Below, piece after piece: positions 28,866-42,000 of a stretch of DNA of 64,000 bases (position 1 is the first letter of the stretch; every line of letters begins with the position of its first letter). Position numbers and translations under genes: made by a program. The DNA is from Felis catus (Eukaryota): NCBI RefSeq assembly GCF_018350175.1, contig NC_058369.1, forward strand, positions 7,750,001 to 7,814,000, given 5' to 3'. The notes below the pieces were generated by a model. The model made no database searches, had not been told where the DNA came from, and was given only the letters and a program-made list of their open reading frames with translations.

Positions 28866-30053
28866 TCAGCAAAGGAAAGTCTGTGAGAGAGGACTGGGGA
28901 GACGACACCCCCCTGGAGTGGATGTGGACCCCCCAAGAGTCCGGGGAGAGAAGCTGGTGGCCCAGCCGGCCAGGGGGAGGGGCCCAGGCTCTCCTCAGGC
29001 CCAAAGGTCCTGCTGCTGGGCAAGGGCAGAGCTTATCCGCCTGAAGTTGCTGCACTCCCACTGGGCCCACAGGAGGCCGGGAGGCCAGCTCCAGGTGATC
29101 TAGCCTGGGGATGGAGAGGTGGAGCTCATCTTCAACATGGGGGGGGGGGGGAGGAGACAGCAGAGGCTCAGTGAGATGCACAATACCCCACTCCCACAGA
29201 CTGACAGCAGGACTGGTTTGAGCTGGCAGAGAAAACCCGTCTCTGCACCTAGGCCTGGGCAGGAGGGATGATGAGTTGGTTTGCCAAAACCAAGGCTTTG
29301 GCCTTTTACTGTCCCCAGAGTGGGGACTCTGGGTAGAGGGGCCCAATCCCCAGGCCAGAGCCATTTGGTCCTGAGTCAAGCTTCCGGAGCTCGGCATCTA
29401 AGAGGCTCTGACCGCAGGGCCTGGGACCCGGCTTTAAGGCATCAGAAGGTGAGGGAACTGTGGCAGGAGGCTGGGGACCCCGAGCTGGAATACAGGCCAG
29501 AGTGGGCGGGCAGGGGCAGGGCACATCCATGCCTGCAGCAGACAGGACAGGAAAAGGGCTGAGCCATTTCAAACCGAAAGTGTGGAATGAAGGCCCAGAC
29601 AGGCTGGACCTTGAAGGAATCAGAGCTGGGGGTCGTCCTGGATTGTTTAAAAAATAATACAAATTAGAAAAGGAAACAAAAGTCAATCGTCAAAGTTAAA
29701 AAAGGGGGACAGTCTCTGATCCTCACGGGAGGCCAGGGGAACCTCCAAGGCACTCGAAAGGCCAAGATACAGGAGTGACGAGGCAGGAGAGGACTCCCAG
29801 AGAGACAGACACAGGCGGATACAGGGGAGGGGAGAGAGAGCTGGCCAGGGCCCCTCTCTCTTAAGGCTGTAGAGTTTCCGTGCCGGGAGCTGGCCCCCAG
29901 ACTCCCCCACACTCCTTGGGCTCCGGCTGGTTGGTCAACAAAGTCTTTCAAAGATTTTTCTATTACTGAAAGGGGGAGAGGGAAACACAAACAGAACACC
30001 AGAAAACCCAAAAGCAATTCGGTGCAGGCCCTTGAGCATCTGGCGCCGGCCCC

Positions 30054-33000
30054 TTAGAAAATCCTCTTGCGCTTCAGGTAGGAGTCTGCGTAGTGGCCGC
30101 CGAGGCCCTGGGAGTGCTGGCCGACGTAGCTGCCTTCTGGACTGGGCTCGGGCGAGGGCAGCAGGTGGGCAAAGCTGCGTTTCTGGCCACCCAGCGGAGT
30201 CTAGAGACAGAGGGGAGGGGGTGGCACGTCAGGGGCCATCTGGGGGCCACCGCTCCCCAGCCCCACGTGCTCCCGTTGCCCCTCCCCAGCTCCATACCTT
30301 CAACAGGTGGCTGTGGCCGTTGGGCCCAGGGCCGAGGCCCAGGAGCCCTTCTCCAGGGCCCAGTGGAGAGGAGCCGACCGCCTGGGAGACACGGGAGAGA
30401 GATGGAGTGGGAGAGGAAGCAGCCCCCAGGGCGAAGGCAAGGGGTTTCGGGCTCAAATCCTGCCTCTCCCACTCATTAGCTAGGACACGGCGGGGGGGGG
30501 GGGGGGGAGATTACTTCTCTCCTCTGAGCCGGTTTCTTCATCTGTCAACCGGGGCTAACATCACCCACACCATGGGCTACTGGAGAGGGAGTAAAAGGAG
30601 GCCAGGAAGGCTGGGCAATACCAGGTGAGAGCCACACAGGTGTGGGGAGCACAGCCTGTTTCAGGCCGGCCCTGAGCAAAGCTGACCCCTGCTCTGTCAC
30701 CACCCCAGGCTTGGCCCAGGCACCAAGGGTCCCAGGGCCTCCCGCATCCTGCCTGTCCCTGGGGACCTGTCCTCAGCTGGGGAGGCTCCTCACCTTGTTA
30801 AGGTGGCTCTGCTTGAGGCCAGCCTGCAGGCCACTGGTGAAGTAGGAAGTGGGCGAGCCCGAATAGAAGTGGGAGAGGGGCCCCCCGCCGCCCCCCGCCG
30901 CTCCGTTCACCAAAACCACTGGGCGGGGGTGACATCTGCAGAGAGGGGGCCGGGCTGAGTGAGACAGATTATTGAAGAATCCAACCCTTTTTGCAGACCC
31001 TCCCAAATGACACTGGGCTTTGTCCCGTGACTAGCTTTGGCCAACAGGAGGGTAGCATGACTGTAAAGGCAGAGGGGCCTGCCTCTGGGAACCTCCTTTC
31101 CTCTTGGGAACCCCGGGACCACCACCACATGCAGGACAGCATCACAGGTGGCCTGCTGGAGGATGGGCTCCACATGCAGCAGCTAAATCGCTGCAGCTGA
31201 GGCCTCTGCTGCAAGGTATGTGGCTAAAACCACTGCAGACTGCTGAGCCCCAGCTGTGCTGTCATGTGACTGTCACGTCATGTGATTGCAGAGACCCCCC
31301 CCCCCCCCCACACACACACACCAGGAAGAATGGTGAGAAAAAATGTTTGCTGTTCTAAGCCACAAAGTGGTGGGGCCGCTTGTTATGCAGCACAGGCTAA
31401 CTGATACACCCAGGAGGGGAGATGGACAGGGCAGCTCTTACTTTGTGTCGGCTGGGTCCGTGGGGCCCTAGAGCTGGCTCCCGTGGGTGGGAGTAGAGCC
31501 GCCGAGGTCCCACGTCCTGAATGAAAGTGGGAGAAGCACGCTGGGTTGGAGTCTGCACCAACCTCACCCCTGGCTGAATCCCACAGCACAGCTGTTACTG
31601 GGGAAGTGCCCCCGCCAAGAGGGGACACGCTCTACTGTGTGGGGGCAACTTCCCACTGCAGGTGGGGCAGCTGCAGTGAGACAGAAAGTGTGCCCCATTG
31701 CCAGGAGTGGTGACACCCTGGCCCCAGAGATGGCTGCTGGGAAGGCATGTGGCTCCCATGGACCTAGGTGTTCGGAGTTCTTCAAGGCTGGCGAGGGATC
31801 CGGGTTGTGTGAACTCTTCTACATGTCAGCAGTGACGTTTATTTCAGCTGTTAAATTTTTTAAAACCCAACGTGGACCAAACGTAACGTAACACAGGGGT
31901 TACACAGGTGGCCAGGCTGCAATGTCTGAGCTAGAGGAGGTTGGAATCATAGAAGGAGCAGCTCTCCAGTGACAGAGACAGGAATCAAGGACGGGAGAGC
32001 AGGACAGAGACCGACAAGACACTGATCCTGGTCTCCAAGGGGAAGCGCAGCCTAAAGTCTCTGGGGAGAAAAAGACAGACAGGAACCAGGTCTGATGGGC
32101 AGAGACAAACAGACAGGAGACTCAGGGCAGGGACAGTGTCTGGCACGTTCTTCTCTGTCTCCCTTGTGCTTGCCGGGCAGTCAGTATTAGCGAAATACTC
32201 GTTTGGAGAATGACTTGCTATCAAGGGGACAAGGGGCCACGGCAGCGGCCCTCGGGAGGGAGGACCACATGGGAGCTGGGTACTCACCGAGGGGTAGTCG
32301 AAACCATAGCTGTCGGGCAGCCCTGGTTCGGGGGGCAGGCGGGAGCTGGCGAGAGGGCTGAGCAGGCGGGACTTGAGCTGGAAGGCTTTGCTGCTGCCAC
32401 CACCTCCGCCACCGCCTCCGGGGGCTGGGGGGTGAGGCAGGTGGCCCTCAGCTGGGCGGCGGCTTCTCCCTGTGCCTCCCCAGCCCCGAGCCTCCTTACC
32501 CGCCAGGTTGCTGGCTGGGAGTAGGCTGTGTAGGTTCAGGTAGGGATTCAGGGGGATCCGGAAGTCCTTTGGGGGTTCCCCCAGCAGCGAGACCTGTAGC
32601 AGGAGGGCTGGGTTCGTGAGGGCCCCGGGCAGGCGGCACCTTGCGGGGGGGTGGGGGGGGAGGCTGGAATGGTACTGATGTGGGGAGGAGCCTTACCCCA
32701 GGGGGCGGTGGCACAGGCCCACTGTCTTTCTGGAGGCTTCTAAGGCCAGTGCCTCGGAGGCCCACCGGGGCAGGGGGTGGAGTGAGCTGGGCTGCTGGGG
32801 GACCCAGGCCTATGGCTTCCCGGTCACCCCCAGAGGGGCCAAGCAGTGGCGGCAGCAGAGGTGGTGGCTTCCCTCGCCGGGGTGGCAGCTCCGGGGGCAG
32901 GGCCCCCCCTACAGAGAGAAGGAGGTGTTGGTGTCCAACCACACTAGACCTGTCTTCCCGGGGCCCTGAGCTTGGACAAGGATCAGCAGGTACGTGCTGG

Positions 33001-36000
33001 GCAATGAAGAGACCCCTCTGAGTACATCAACTCCCAGGATGCTCACAGCCACCCTGGGAGGTGGGGGCCCAACGGACGGATGGGACTATTGAGACCCAGA
33101 GACAGTAGGTCATTTTCCCAGGCCCAGTGAGGACAGGGGCCTCAGGAAGAGAAAGTGGGAAGGGGCCCAGAAAGATGAGGAGAGGCGGGGGTCTGTGTTA
33201 CCTGCAGACAGCTCTCCGAGGAGGGGGTTGGCCGGCTGGGCCCCAGGCTGAAGGGTGCCCAGGGGAGAGTCTCCCAGGATCCCAGGCTTCTGGAAACAGA
33301 GCACAATCAGCTGGAGATGGGCCAGGGTGGCCTGGGCAGCAGACAGGTGGCACCCAGGGTCTCAACAGTCACAACACCCAGCACACCCAGAGTGCAGGCC
33401 ACGGCCGGTCATGGGTAGACGCGCACAGCGTCCCCCAGTGTCTGTGACATCTCAGCCATCACCCATCCAGCTGTCCCATGGGGACGGAGGGCCTCCTGTC
33501 TGCCAGGGCCCATCTGAGACCCCGGGGAGCCCCAGGGGGCGTGCACCATATGCTCAACGCGTCAGGGCCTGTCACCCCACACAGGACGGTCCTTCCTAGG
33601 CACACTGCCCACACCCAGCCCCCCTGATTATTACAGAAGCACAGTGTCCAACACAGTGTGTGTACCAGCCACGCAAGGGTGAGCCCCTAATTCCCTAATC
33701 CCGTCAGTTACTGTCAGACACACCCATGTCACTGACCTGGCCCTGACAGGTCAGCGGCACGTGTGTCCGTGTGCGGCAGGTCTGCTTACAGGCGTGTGCA
33801 CATGCCTCCCGCGTACGGGTCTCCGCGTACGTGCACCGAGAGAGTGGTGACGTGGCGTATGTATTTCTATGGGCGGTACACCTATCTGTGTGTGCCTTGG
33901 TCTGTACGGGTCTCCCTGTATGCGCGCTGAGGAGGTGGGAGCGAGAGACCGCACTCCTCCCCCGCGAGGCCTGGACTTTCCTCCCTAGACTGAGTCCCTT
34001 CCTGAGTCCCGAGCGCCTGCGACAGACCAGGCCACGTACTGAGCCCCACAGACACGACCAGATGTCCCATCACCCCGGCGACGGCAAGCCCCCCGGCAGA
34101 TGCGAGAAGGGCGTGAGGTGGAGAAACAAGGGCTGGGGAGTCCGTGCGGACGAGGAGGTCCCGGGGGCCCCGGGCCGGGCACGCACTTACCTTCTGACCC
34201 TGGGTCTTCAGGGCGAGCTGCAGCAGTGCCGTGGACAGGGCCGGCCCGCTGAGGAGCGGCACGGCTGGAGGTGCGCCCAACAGGCCTGGGGGAGACCGGG
34301 AAGTGAAGAGCGGACCACGGACGGGAGCCTTTGCCCCGGTTAGGCGCAACCCGGGGCCCGAAGCTCCCAGAAAGCAACTGACGTGCCCAAAAAAGGGGCC
34401 CAGGAAAGGGAGTCTGCTGTGGGGAGGGCCGGCCCCTTCCCACCACCCTGCCTCACTCGCCCCAGTGAGGGGCTCAGGACACCAGCTCACCCTGGGGACT
34501 GCCGCTCACCCCAGCCCCTGCTCGTGGGTTCAAGTCCCTTATGGCTCAGATGGGAAAACGGTCTGGGGAGGCTGGGGTTCTGAGCGCGATGGGGACCGCG
34601 ACCGCCACTCTGCCCGGCCCCACCTTACCCTGTTTGCCCCCCGCGTTGCCATGGAGCAGGGGGTTCAGCAGCAGCTGGAGGGAGGCGGAGGGCCCCAGGT
34701 TGTTGAGCAGCTGCAGGATGTTGGGCTCGGGCAGGAGCCCTTTGCCCCGGTTGAGGGCCTGTAGAGAGAAACAGAAGAGCGGCTCAGGGCGCCGCCCGGC
34801 CACGGGGAGGCCGGCTCGCCCCTCCCTCTCACCCCCAGAGCCCAGCTGGCACCCTGACTTTCCCAGGGAGGAGGGCTCGCCCCCCGGACCCCCCCCCCCC
34901 GCCCCGGGGGCACCCGTCCCAGGCACACACTCACCGTGGCCTGGGCGGCGATGAGCGCGGCCAGCATGCTGCGGCCAGGGGGCCCCGGGGCACAGAAGGA
35001 GACTCGCAGGTGGCTGCCCCCCAGCGCCAGGCCGTCCGCCCGCTGCTGCGCCTCTTCAGCCATCTCTGCCGTCTCGTACTCCAGCACAGCGAAGCCCTTC
35101 AGCTGCCCATCCTGCCCGTATGCCAGCTGGCGGGGGCGTGGGGCAGGGGGAGGCAGACGTGAGCACCCGAGTGACAGTGGCCACCCTCACACGGAGTGAC
35201 CACAGCGACCAGACCCGGATCATGACAGCGAACTCCCCAGAGGGGGTGGGTTCTTGGTCCTACCCTCTTCCGAACCCTGTTCCTGCACTGGCTCATGGAA
35301 TCTTCTCAATGGCCCTAGGAGGCCGCACCCTACCCACTTTTCAGAGGAGACGACTGAGGTTCAAATAGGTCGACGTGCCCAAGGTCACACAGCTGGTGGG
35401 AGGGCAAAGCTGGGACCTGGCCTCGCATGGGTCAAGCCCCCTGGGCCTCTCGTCAGCGCCACTTGGGGGCCCCGATGAGGGCTGCCAAGCACAGGCAGCC
35501 TCAGGGAGGCAGGATGGCACGCTCGGGTTATAGAGCTGGGAAGAGGACACGCTGGCAGGAGACGAGGTGGGTGGCTGCAAAGTGCTGCTCAACCACGAGC
35601 CTCAGGCTGAAGACACGGCAGCCGGGACCGGGAAGGACACACAGCCTGGGGGTGAGGCAGGTGGCTCCAAGCTCGGGTTCCAGGCTGGCAGGGCCGGGAG
35701 GGAGGGAGGCCCCTCCACCTCCCTTGACGGCGGCCCTTTGGTACTTCAGGCCCACCACCCCCGATCCAGACCCGGGGGCCAGATGTGTTCCAGGATCAAC
35801 GCTGTTTGGGAGAAAGAAGGATGCGGCCCGCGCTGTGTATCATGTGTCCGCTCCCCCAGTGGGGTCGAGGCTCCTATGAATCAGACACACAGATAACTCT
35901 GCAGCAAGGCACAAAGATAAAGGCCACAGATGGCCCCTTGTCAGGTCAGGTCAGAGCCCGTCACCAACTCAGGGAGCAAACCTCTGGGTTTTCAGGGCAT

Positions 36001-39000
36001 TGTGGGTGCCGGAATCGTGGGCTGGTGGTGTCCCAGAGCAAGCAGATCCTGGACGGACACCCAGTGGGACCTTGCACGCCCATGGGCTGGGTGCTGCAGG
36101 AGCTGTTTCATCACATCGCAGAGGCAGGCACCGTCAGCATGCCCACTTAGCAGGTGAGGAAACTGAGGTTCAGAGAAGGGCAGTCCTTTTGCTCAGGCCA
36201 CAGAGCTGGAGCCGGCATCAGATGAGGCCAGGCTGATGGCCTTAAGGAGACTACCCGCCTCACTGTGGCTATGGCGGTCTCAAGAACCAATGATGCTCAG
36301 GGCGCCTGGGGGGCTCAGTCAGTTAAGCGTCCTACTCTTGGTTTCAGCTTAGGTTATGATCTCACGGTTCATGAGTTTGAGCCCCACGTCGGGCTCTGTG
36401 CTGACAGCTGGGAGCCTGGAGCTTGCTTCAGATTCTGTGTCTCCCTCTCTCTTTCAACCCCTCTCCCGCTCATGCTCTGTCTCTCTCTCTCAAAAATGAA
36501 TAAACATAAAAAAAATAATAATTAAAAAAAAAAAGATATTTAAGAACCAATGGTGCTGGGGTCCCTGGATGGCTCAGTTGGTTAAGTGTCCGATTTCGGC
36601 TCAGGTCATGATCTCCCAGTTTGTGGGTTCGAGCCCGTGTCGGGCTGTGTGCTGACAGCTCAGAGCCTGGGGCCTGCTCTGGATTCTGTGTCTCCCTCTC
36701 TCTCTGCCCCTCTGCTGCTCATGCTCTCTTTCTCTCTCTCAAAAATAAGTAAACGTTAAAAAAAAGAGCCAACAATGCTCCTCCTGGTCCCCAGTGATGC
36801 ACAGTGTGGTTTGGAACCAAGACAACGTCCATCCACAGAGGACGGCAGAACCCACGAAATGGAAAATATCGCAGCCTCAACAGGAATGAGAAAGCTCTCA
36901 TGCCTAAACACGAAAATGTGTCCAAGAAAGCGTGTAAGAACCAAACCAAAGCAGCCATGGCAGTATCTGGGTCAGGGAAAGGGGAACGCAAGGGCATATG
37001 AACATCTGCTTGAAATGCGTGATAAAATCACCCTGGAAGGAGACACAACAAACTGGTTTGAGCAGGGGCTGCAGGCAAAGGCGCTGTGGGGCCGGAGGGA
37101 GCCTTTGCCAGTGACCTTTCTGGACGTGCTGAGTTTCAAAACAAGACTGGACTGCCCATTCACAAAAAAAAAATAAAATGGGAAAGGCTTCTTACAACAC
37201 CCAAGGTCTTACGATACGTGCTCTATTCTTGTCTATGGCATCAGCATATCAGATGTGATGTAAATTGGCCTGTGAGCTACGGGATTTCCTTTCAACATCT
37301 CGGTTATGTTGAAAATGACACTCCCCAGCAGGACAGCAAACTCCCAGCTCAGCATCCAGCCTTCCTGGGAGGTGAGGGTGACCACCTTAAGAATGTGGAC
37401 TCCCAGCCCACCTTACTGGCAGACATATCACTGCACATGCCCATCCCTGGGCCTTGTTTTCTTCATCTGCAAGGTGGGGCCAGCAAACGAACCCACCTCA
37501 AAGGGTGGTTGTGGGGATTCAAGAAGCTGCTCCACGGTGACAGAGAAAGGTCGTGCCCTAGGTGTGCACCTGCTCAGTGCCCGCACAGGGTGGCTCCAGC
37601 CATCAGCCCACCTCGACTGAGCACTCCACCTTCACCTCTGACCAAGGCCCAGATGCACACCTTCTCACGATATGCCCTGTCTCACAGATGAATAGAGGGG
37701 TCAGAGGGCAACCAAGGCTTCGTGGCTCCCACCTAGGGAGATTAAGGCTCCAACTGCAACGTGCCTGACACCTGGGCCTGGCCTCCATTCAACCAGGACA
37801 CCTACTGTAAGTGGAAGAAGGAACAAACAGCCAGTCACAACAACCCAATCACAAAACACTGTCAGCCCCATTTCCGGATGGGGAACCTGAGGCTCAGAGT
37901 GAGAACTTGGTGGTGGTCGTGGCCCTGCTGTCCTACCTCCAAGAGAGGATGTCGCTGTCAAGCTAAGTCATCTGTCCTGAGCCCCACCAGAGAGCCTAGC
38001 ACACGGCAGGAGGCCTACCCGGGGACAAGCACACAGCAGATCCCCAACGGAAAGCAGCAGCATGACCAAACGCAAAGGGAGCAAGGAGAGGGGTTCCTAA
38101 GATGCCGGGGTCCCCAGGCCCAACACTCCCTTTACACAAGGGAAACAGGACGCACCCGTGGCCACAGAACCGGGGTCAGAGCCATATACCAGCCTCCACC
38201 ACGCCGGCCTGGGGCTCTGGAGCCAGGCCACGGCACTCCGATCCCGGCCCTGCCATGCCCTGGCTGTCCAGCCCTCGGCAGGGCGCTTGAATTCTTTGCG
38301 CCCCCTGAAAATGGGGATATCACCTGCTTCTCTGGGCTGTATTAGGATGAGGGGATTCCAAGGAATGTGCTCGGTGGGTGCTGAAGGAATGTCCCTGCTG
38401 GGGGTCTGCGGGCGAGACTATCTGCCGGCTGAGAACCGGGCCCGGCCCGTTCTCCCCACACTGTGCCTGTCCCGGGGCTCATGCTGCACACACAAAGCGC
38501 ATGACAAATGTGACTTGAATGAACCAGAGACCATTTGGCCAACGTGATGTGTGAGTATCGACTCCTTTCTTACGGAGGAGGGAAACCAAGACTCAGAGTG
38601 AGTGAGTGACTGCCCAGAGCCACAGAGCACGGCTGGAATCCAACCAAACCCAACTTCCTGACCTCAAGGCTTACATGGACCGTGGGCTTCTCTTGAGCCG
38701 CCTCCTTCGTGCCAGGCCTGGGAGCCAGCAGGCACTCGACAAACCTGATCAACACGAGAGCGAGAGGCAAGCGAGCCTCGCCCTGACCTTTCACCAAGGT
38801 GGTCTCACCTGCGTGTTATACGGAGGACCGAGGCCACCGAGATTAAGCAAGTCACTAAAGGGTTCGCAGGGATTTGAACCCCAGCCATCTGGCTCCTAGC
38901 TGGGCTGTCACCCCCTATACCACGTGGCTTTTCAAACAAGAACCCCATTCAAAGTGGCACTGCCGCTGTCTTACTAAAAGGGACCCGGGAGATTAGGAAA

Positions 39001-42000
39001 GGCAGGTGACTTCAAAGGGCCCCTCTGAGGTGCGCTGGCCCCTGCACTGGGCGCAGGGCTCACCTGGCAGAAGGTGGGCGTGTGGACCGCCGACAGCGCC
39101 CGACGCAGGGCGTCCACGTCGCTGAAGCCGGGGGGCAGGCGGTCAACACAGAGGCAGCGGGAGTGGAGCAGGACGGGCGTCAGCTGCCCCGCGTCTGTCC
39201 AGTGCACGTAGAGGGTGCGCGGGCCCAGCGGCTTGCCCAGCAGGTCCGACTTGGCACGGGCGGCCGAGTCCTTCTTCATGTACTCGGCGAAGCCATAGCC
39301 CTTGGAGTGGCCGGTGCGCTCGCTGTAGACCAGAAAGCAGCGCTCCAGGCTGCCGAAGGGCCGCACCAGCTCCTCGAACTGCTGCTGGGTGAAGCTGGGG
39401 GGCAGGTTGGCCACGCACAGCAGGGCGTCCGTGGGCTGCAGCTGCACCGACAGCTCCCGCTCCCGCAGGCGGCTCTGGTGGAAGGCGCTGATGGCAGCCT
39501 CGGCCTGCTCCCCGTTCAGCAGGGTCACGAAGGCTGCAGCGGGAGGGGGTGGAGGGCGGGGGTCAGCAGAGGCTGACCCTTCACCCCGGGGCCGCCCGCC
39601 ACCTCCCTTTAAGCCTTCTCGTGTGACTTTGGGGTATCCAACAACCGGGACATTTCAGGCACCAGCCGGATGGGACGGTTGCCAGCCTTAACGACTGCTA
39701 CAGGCGTCTCCTGCCTCCGTGAGGCCTGCTTCCTGCCCCTCGTCCGCGCTCCCAACCCACAGCAGTGCTCGCCTACTGCGGGCCTGGCTGGGTCCTAAAA
39801 ACTTGCTAACTCGGGTGACACACGGGAGTGCTTAAGCATGTGGTCGCTGGGGCCAGAGTTTCCGCTCCAGTCCGAATGGCTCTGGGGTCTCCGTGTCTTC
39901 ACGTGAAATAAGAATAACGTACTCCTGCCCGCCACCGTCTCGCCAGCAAGAAAAGAGGCCCGGAGCAGCGCCTCCTGCCCGAGTGAAGGAGTCCGGACTT
40001 GAACCCAGGCAGGCAGACCCCAGAACCCTGCTCTGCACCCCTCCCTCACCACCTTTCCAGGCCACCAACACCTCTCGAATCCAGGCCCCTGTCACCCGCC
40101 ACAGCCTCAGCCCCCACTGCCTCTCCTGGTTTGCTCTCTCCACCCAGCAGCCACAGGGAACTTTTCAAAAGGATAATCAGATAATGCCACACCGGTGCCC
40201 AGGGGTGTCTCACTGCAGGGGCCAGTGGCTCCTGCGTGGCCTGGCCCGCTGGCCTTGCTGGCCCTCTCCCACCTCTTGCTGCTACTTCCCGGACTGTGCC
40301 ACGCACACTCTGCCTCGGGCCTTTGCACCGGCTTTTCCCTGAGCGTGGAACACTGACCTCCAGGATTCTTCACCTGGTTAACTCCAACCCACCGTACAGT
40401 CGGCCTGCAAACATCACTTCCCCCACAAAGCCTACCCTGACTGTTCCTGTTTCAGATCCCAGCTCTGTGCTCTCACAGGGCTCTGCAGTTTCTGGTCCAA
40501 TGGTCATTTCACCTCCACGTTTGCAGCGGTTTGAATAACAGCCTTTTTCACAGACTAGACTGTCTCCATTTGGTTAACAGCTATGTACCCAGTGCCCGGC
40601 ACAGGACATTCAACACTCATTGTTGGAAGACTTTATGAATGAAAGCGTCATTTAACTTCTGGATCCTCAATGCCTCGCACATCCTCATATTAGATGCCCA
40701 GTAAATACTTCTGACTCATTGCCCCGTCAATATTTTACTAAGCACCTACTAGGTGTCAGGCTTTTTAGGTATTCTAGTGTGTTTGGCCTCATGAATAACT
40801 CAAGCAGGTCATGCCCAACCTGCTGGTGAGAAAACTGCGGCTCAGGAGGGTACATCACTGGCCTGTGGCCACAGAGTGAGGATAGACCGGAACTTGAACC
40901 CAGGTCTATTAGTCTCCAGGGCCCAAGATCTTAACTACTCTAGGCTGCAAGGTGAGTCTCAAGGGGTTACTTGTCCTCAGCTACTTCTCACCCATCTTAT
41001 AGATTGCAAGAAAAGGCCCTGGAAGGCTTAAGGCAGAGACATCCACAGAGAGCTTCCCATACAAGGGGTGGGGGTGGAGGTGGGGGGGTGCCAAGGCTGA
41101 CAAGACCCATCTTTGTTCTCAGGGAACCAACCACTCGGTGTGGGAGGCAGGTGAGTGAGAAAGTGACAATGGTCCAGGGTGACAGTGCCATGACGGGTGT
41201 GGTGTTCAGGGCACTGTGAAGATGGCAGAAGGGACAGCTAAGAACACTGGGAGAGGGTGGGGAACCTGGGTGGTTCAGGTCAGTTGGGCATCTAACGTTG
41301 GCTCAGGTCATGATCTCACGACTCCTGGGTTCAAGCCCCTCGTTAGGCTCTGTGTTGACAGCTCAGAGCCTGGAGCCTGCTTCAGATTCTGTCTCCCTCT
41401 CTCCCTGTCCCTCCCCCACTCACACTCTGTCTCTCTCTCTCTCAAAAATAAATAAACATTAAAAAAAAAAAAAAAAAAAAAAAAAGAACACTGAGAGAGG
41501 GAAAAGCCTGGAACCTTATGGGTGCCCGAGGTGCTGGTGAGGCTGGGGCACATCCCTGCAAGGCAGAGTCAGGAGAAGGCTCTCGGAGAGTTTTGGAGAG
41601 AGAAGAATAATCAAGGTTAGGACCAGACTGGATCAGATTTGCAACTAGATCAGAGCTGGCTACTGGGGGAGGACAAGCAGGGGCTTGAAGTCAAGGAGGC
41701 AGAGAGGCCAGCGGGAAGCTGCCAGTTTGGAAGAGATGGAGAAGGTACGGATCAGAAGGAAGCTGAGGGATGGAAGGGCACCGACTGTTCTGGAGGGCTT
41801 GAAGGAGAAGACCAGACAGGCCTGGGTGACTGGCTGGCTGGGGGGATGGGCACGGGAAGTGGGGAGCCCAATGCCCAGGTCGGGCAGCCCAGGGGAGGAA
41901 CACCAAAGCTGCCCCACAGTGGGTACCCAGGATGAAAGACAGACTGGGACAACAGTCTGTCCTGCCCTGACCTAGGGGACAATGTTGGGCCTGAAGCTCA

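Noticed and set aside
32494-32500. Strong internal donor (G|GTAAGG) within RAVER1 exon 9
   Set aside because: Using it gives phase 1 while all downstream acceptors are phase 0. The reading frame continues with RAVER1-like sequence to the donor after 32288. No evidence of use.
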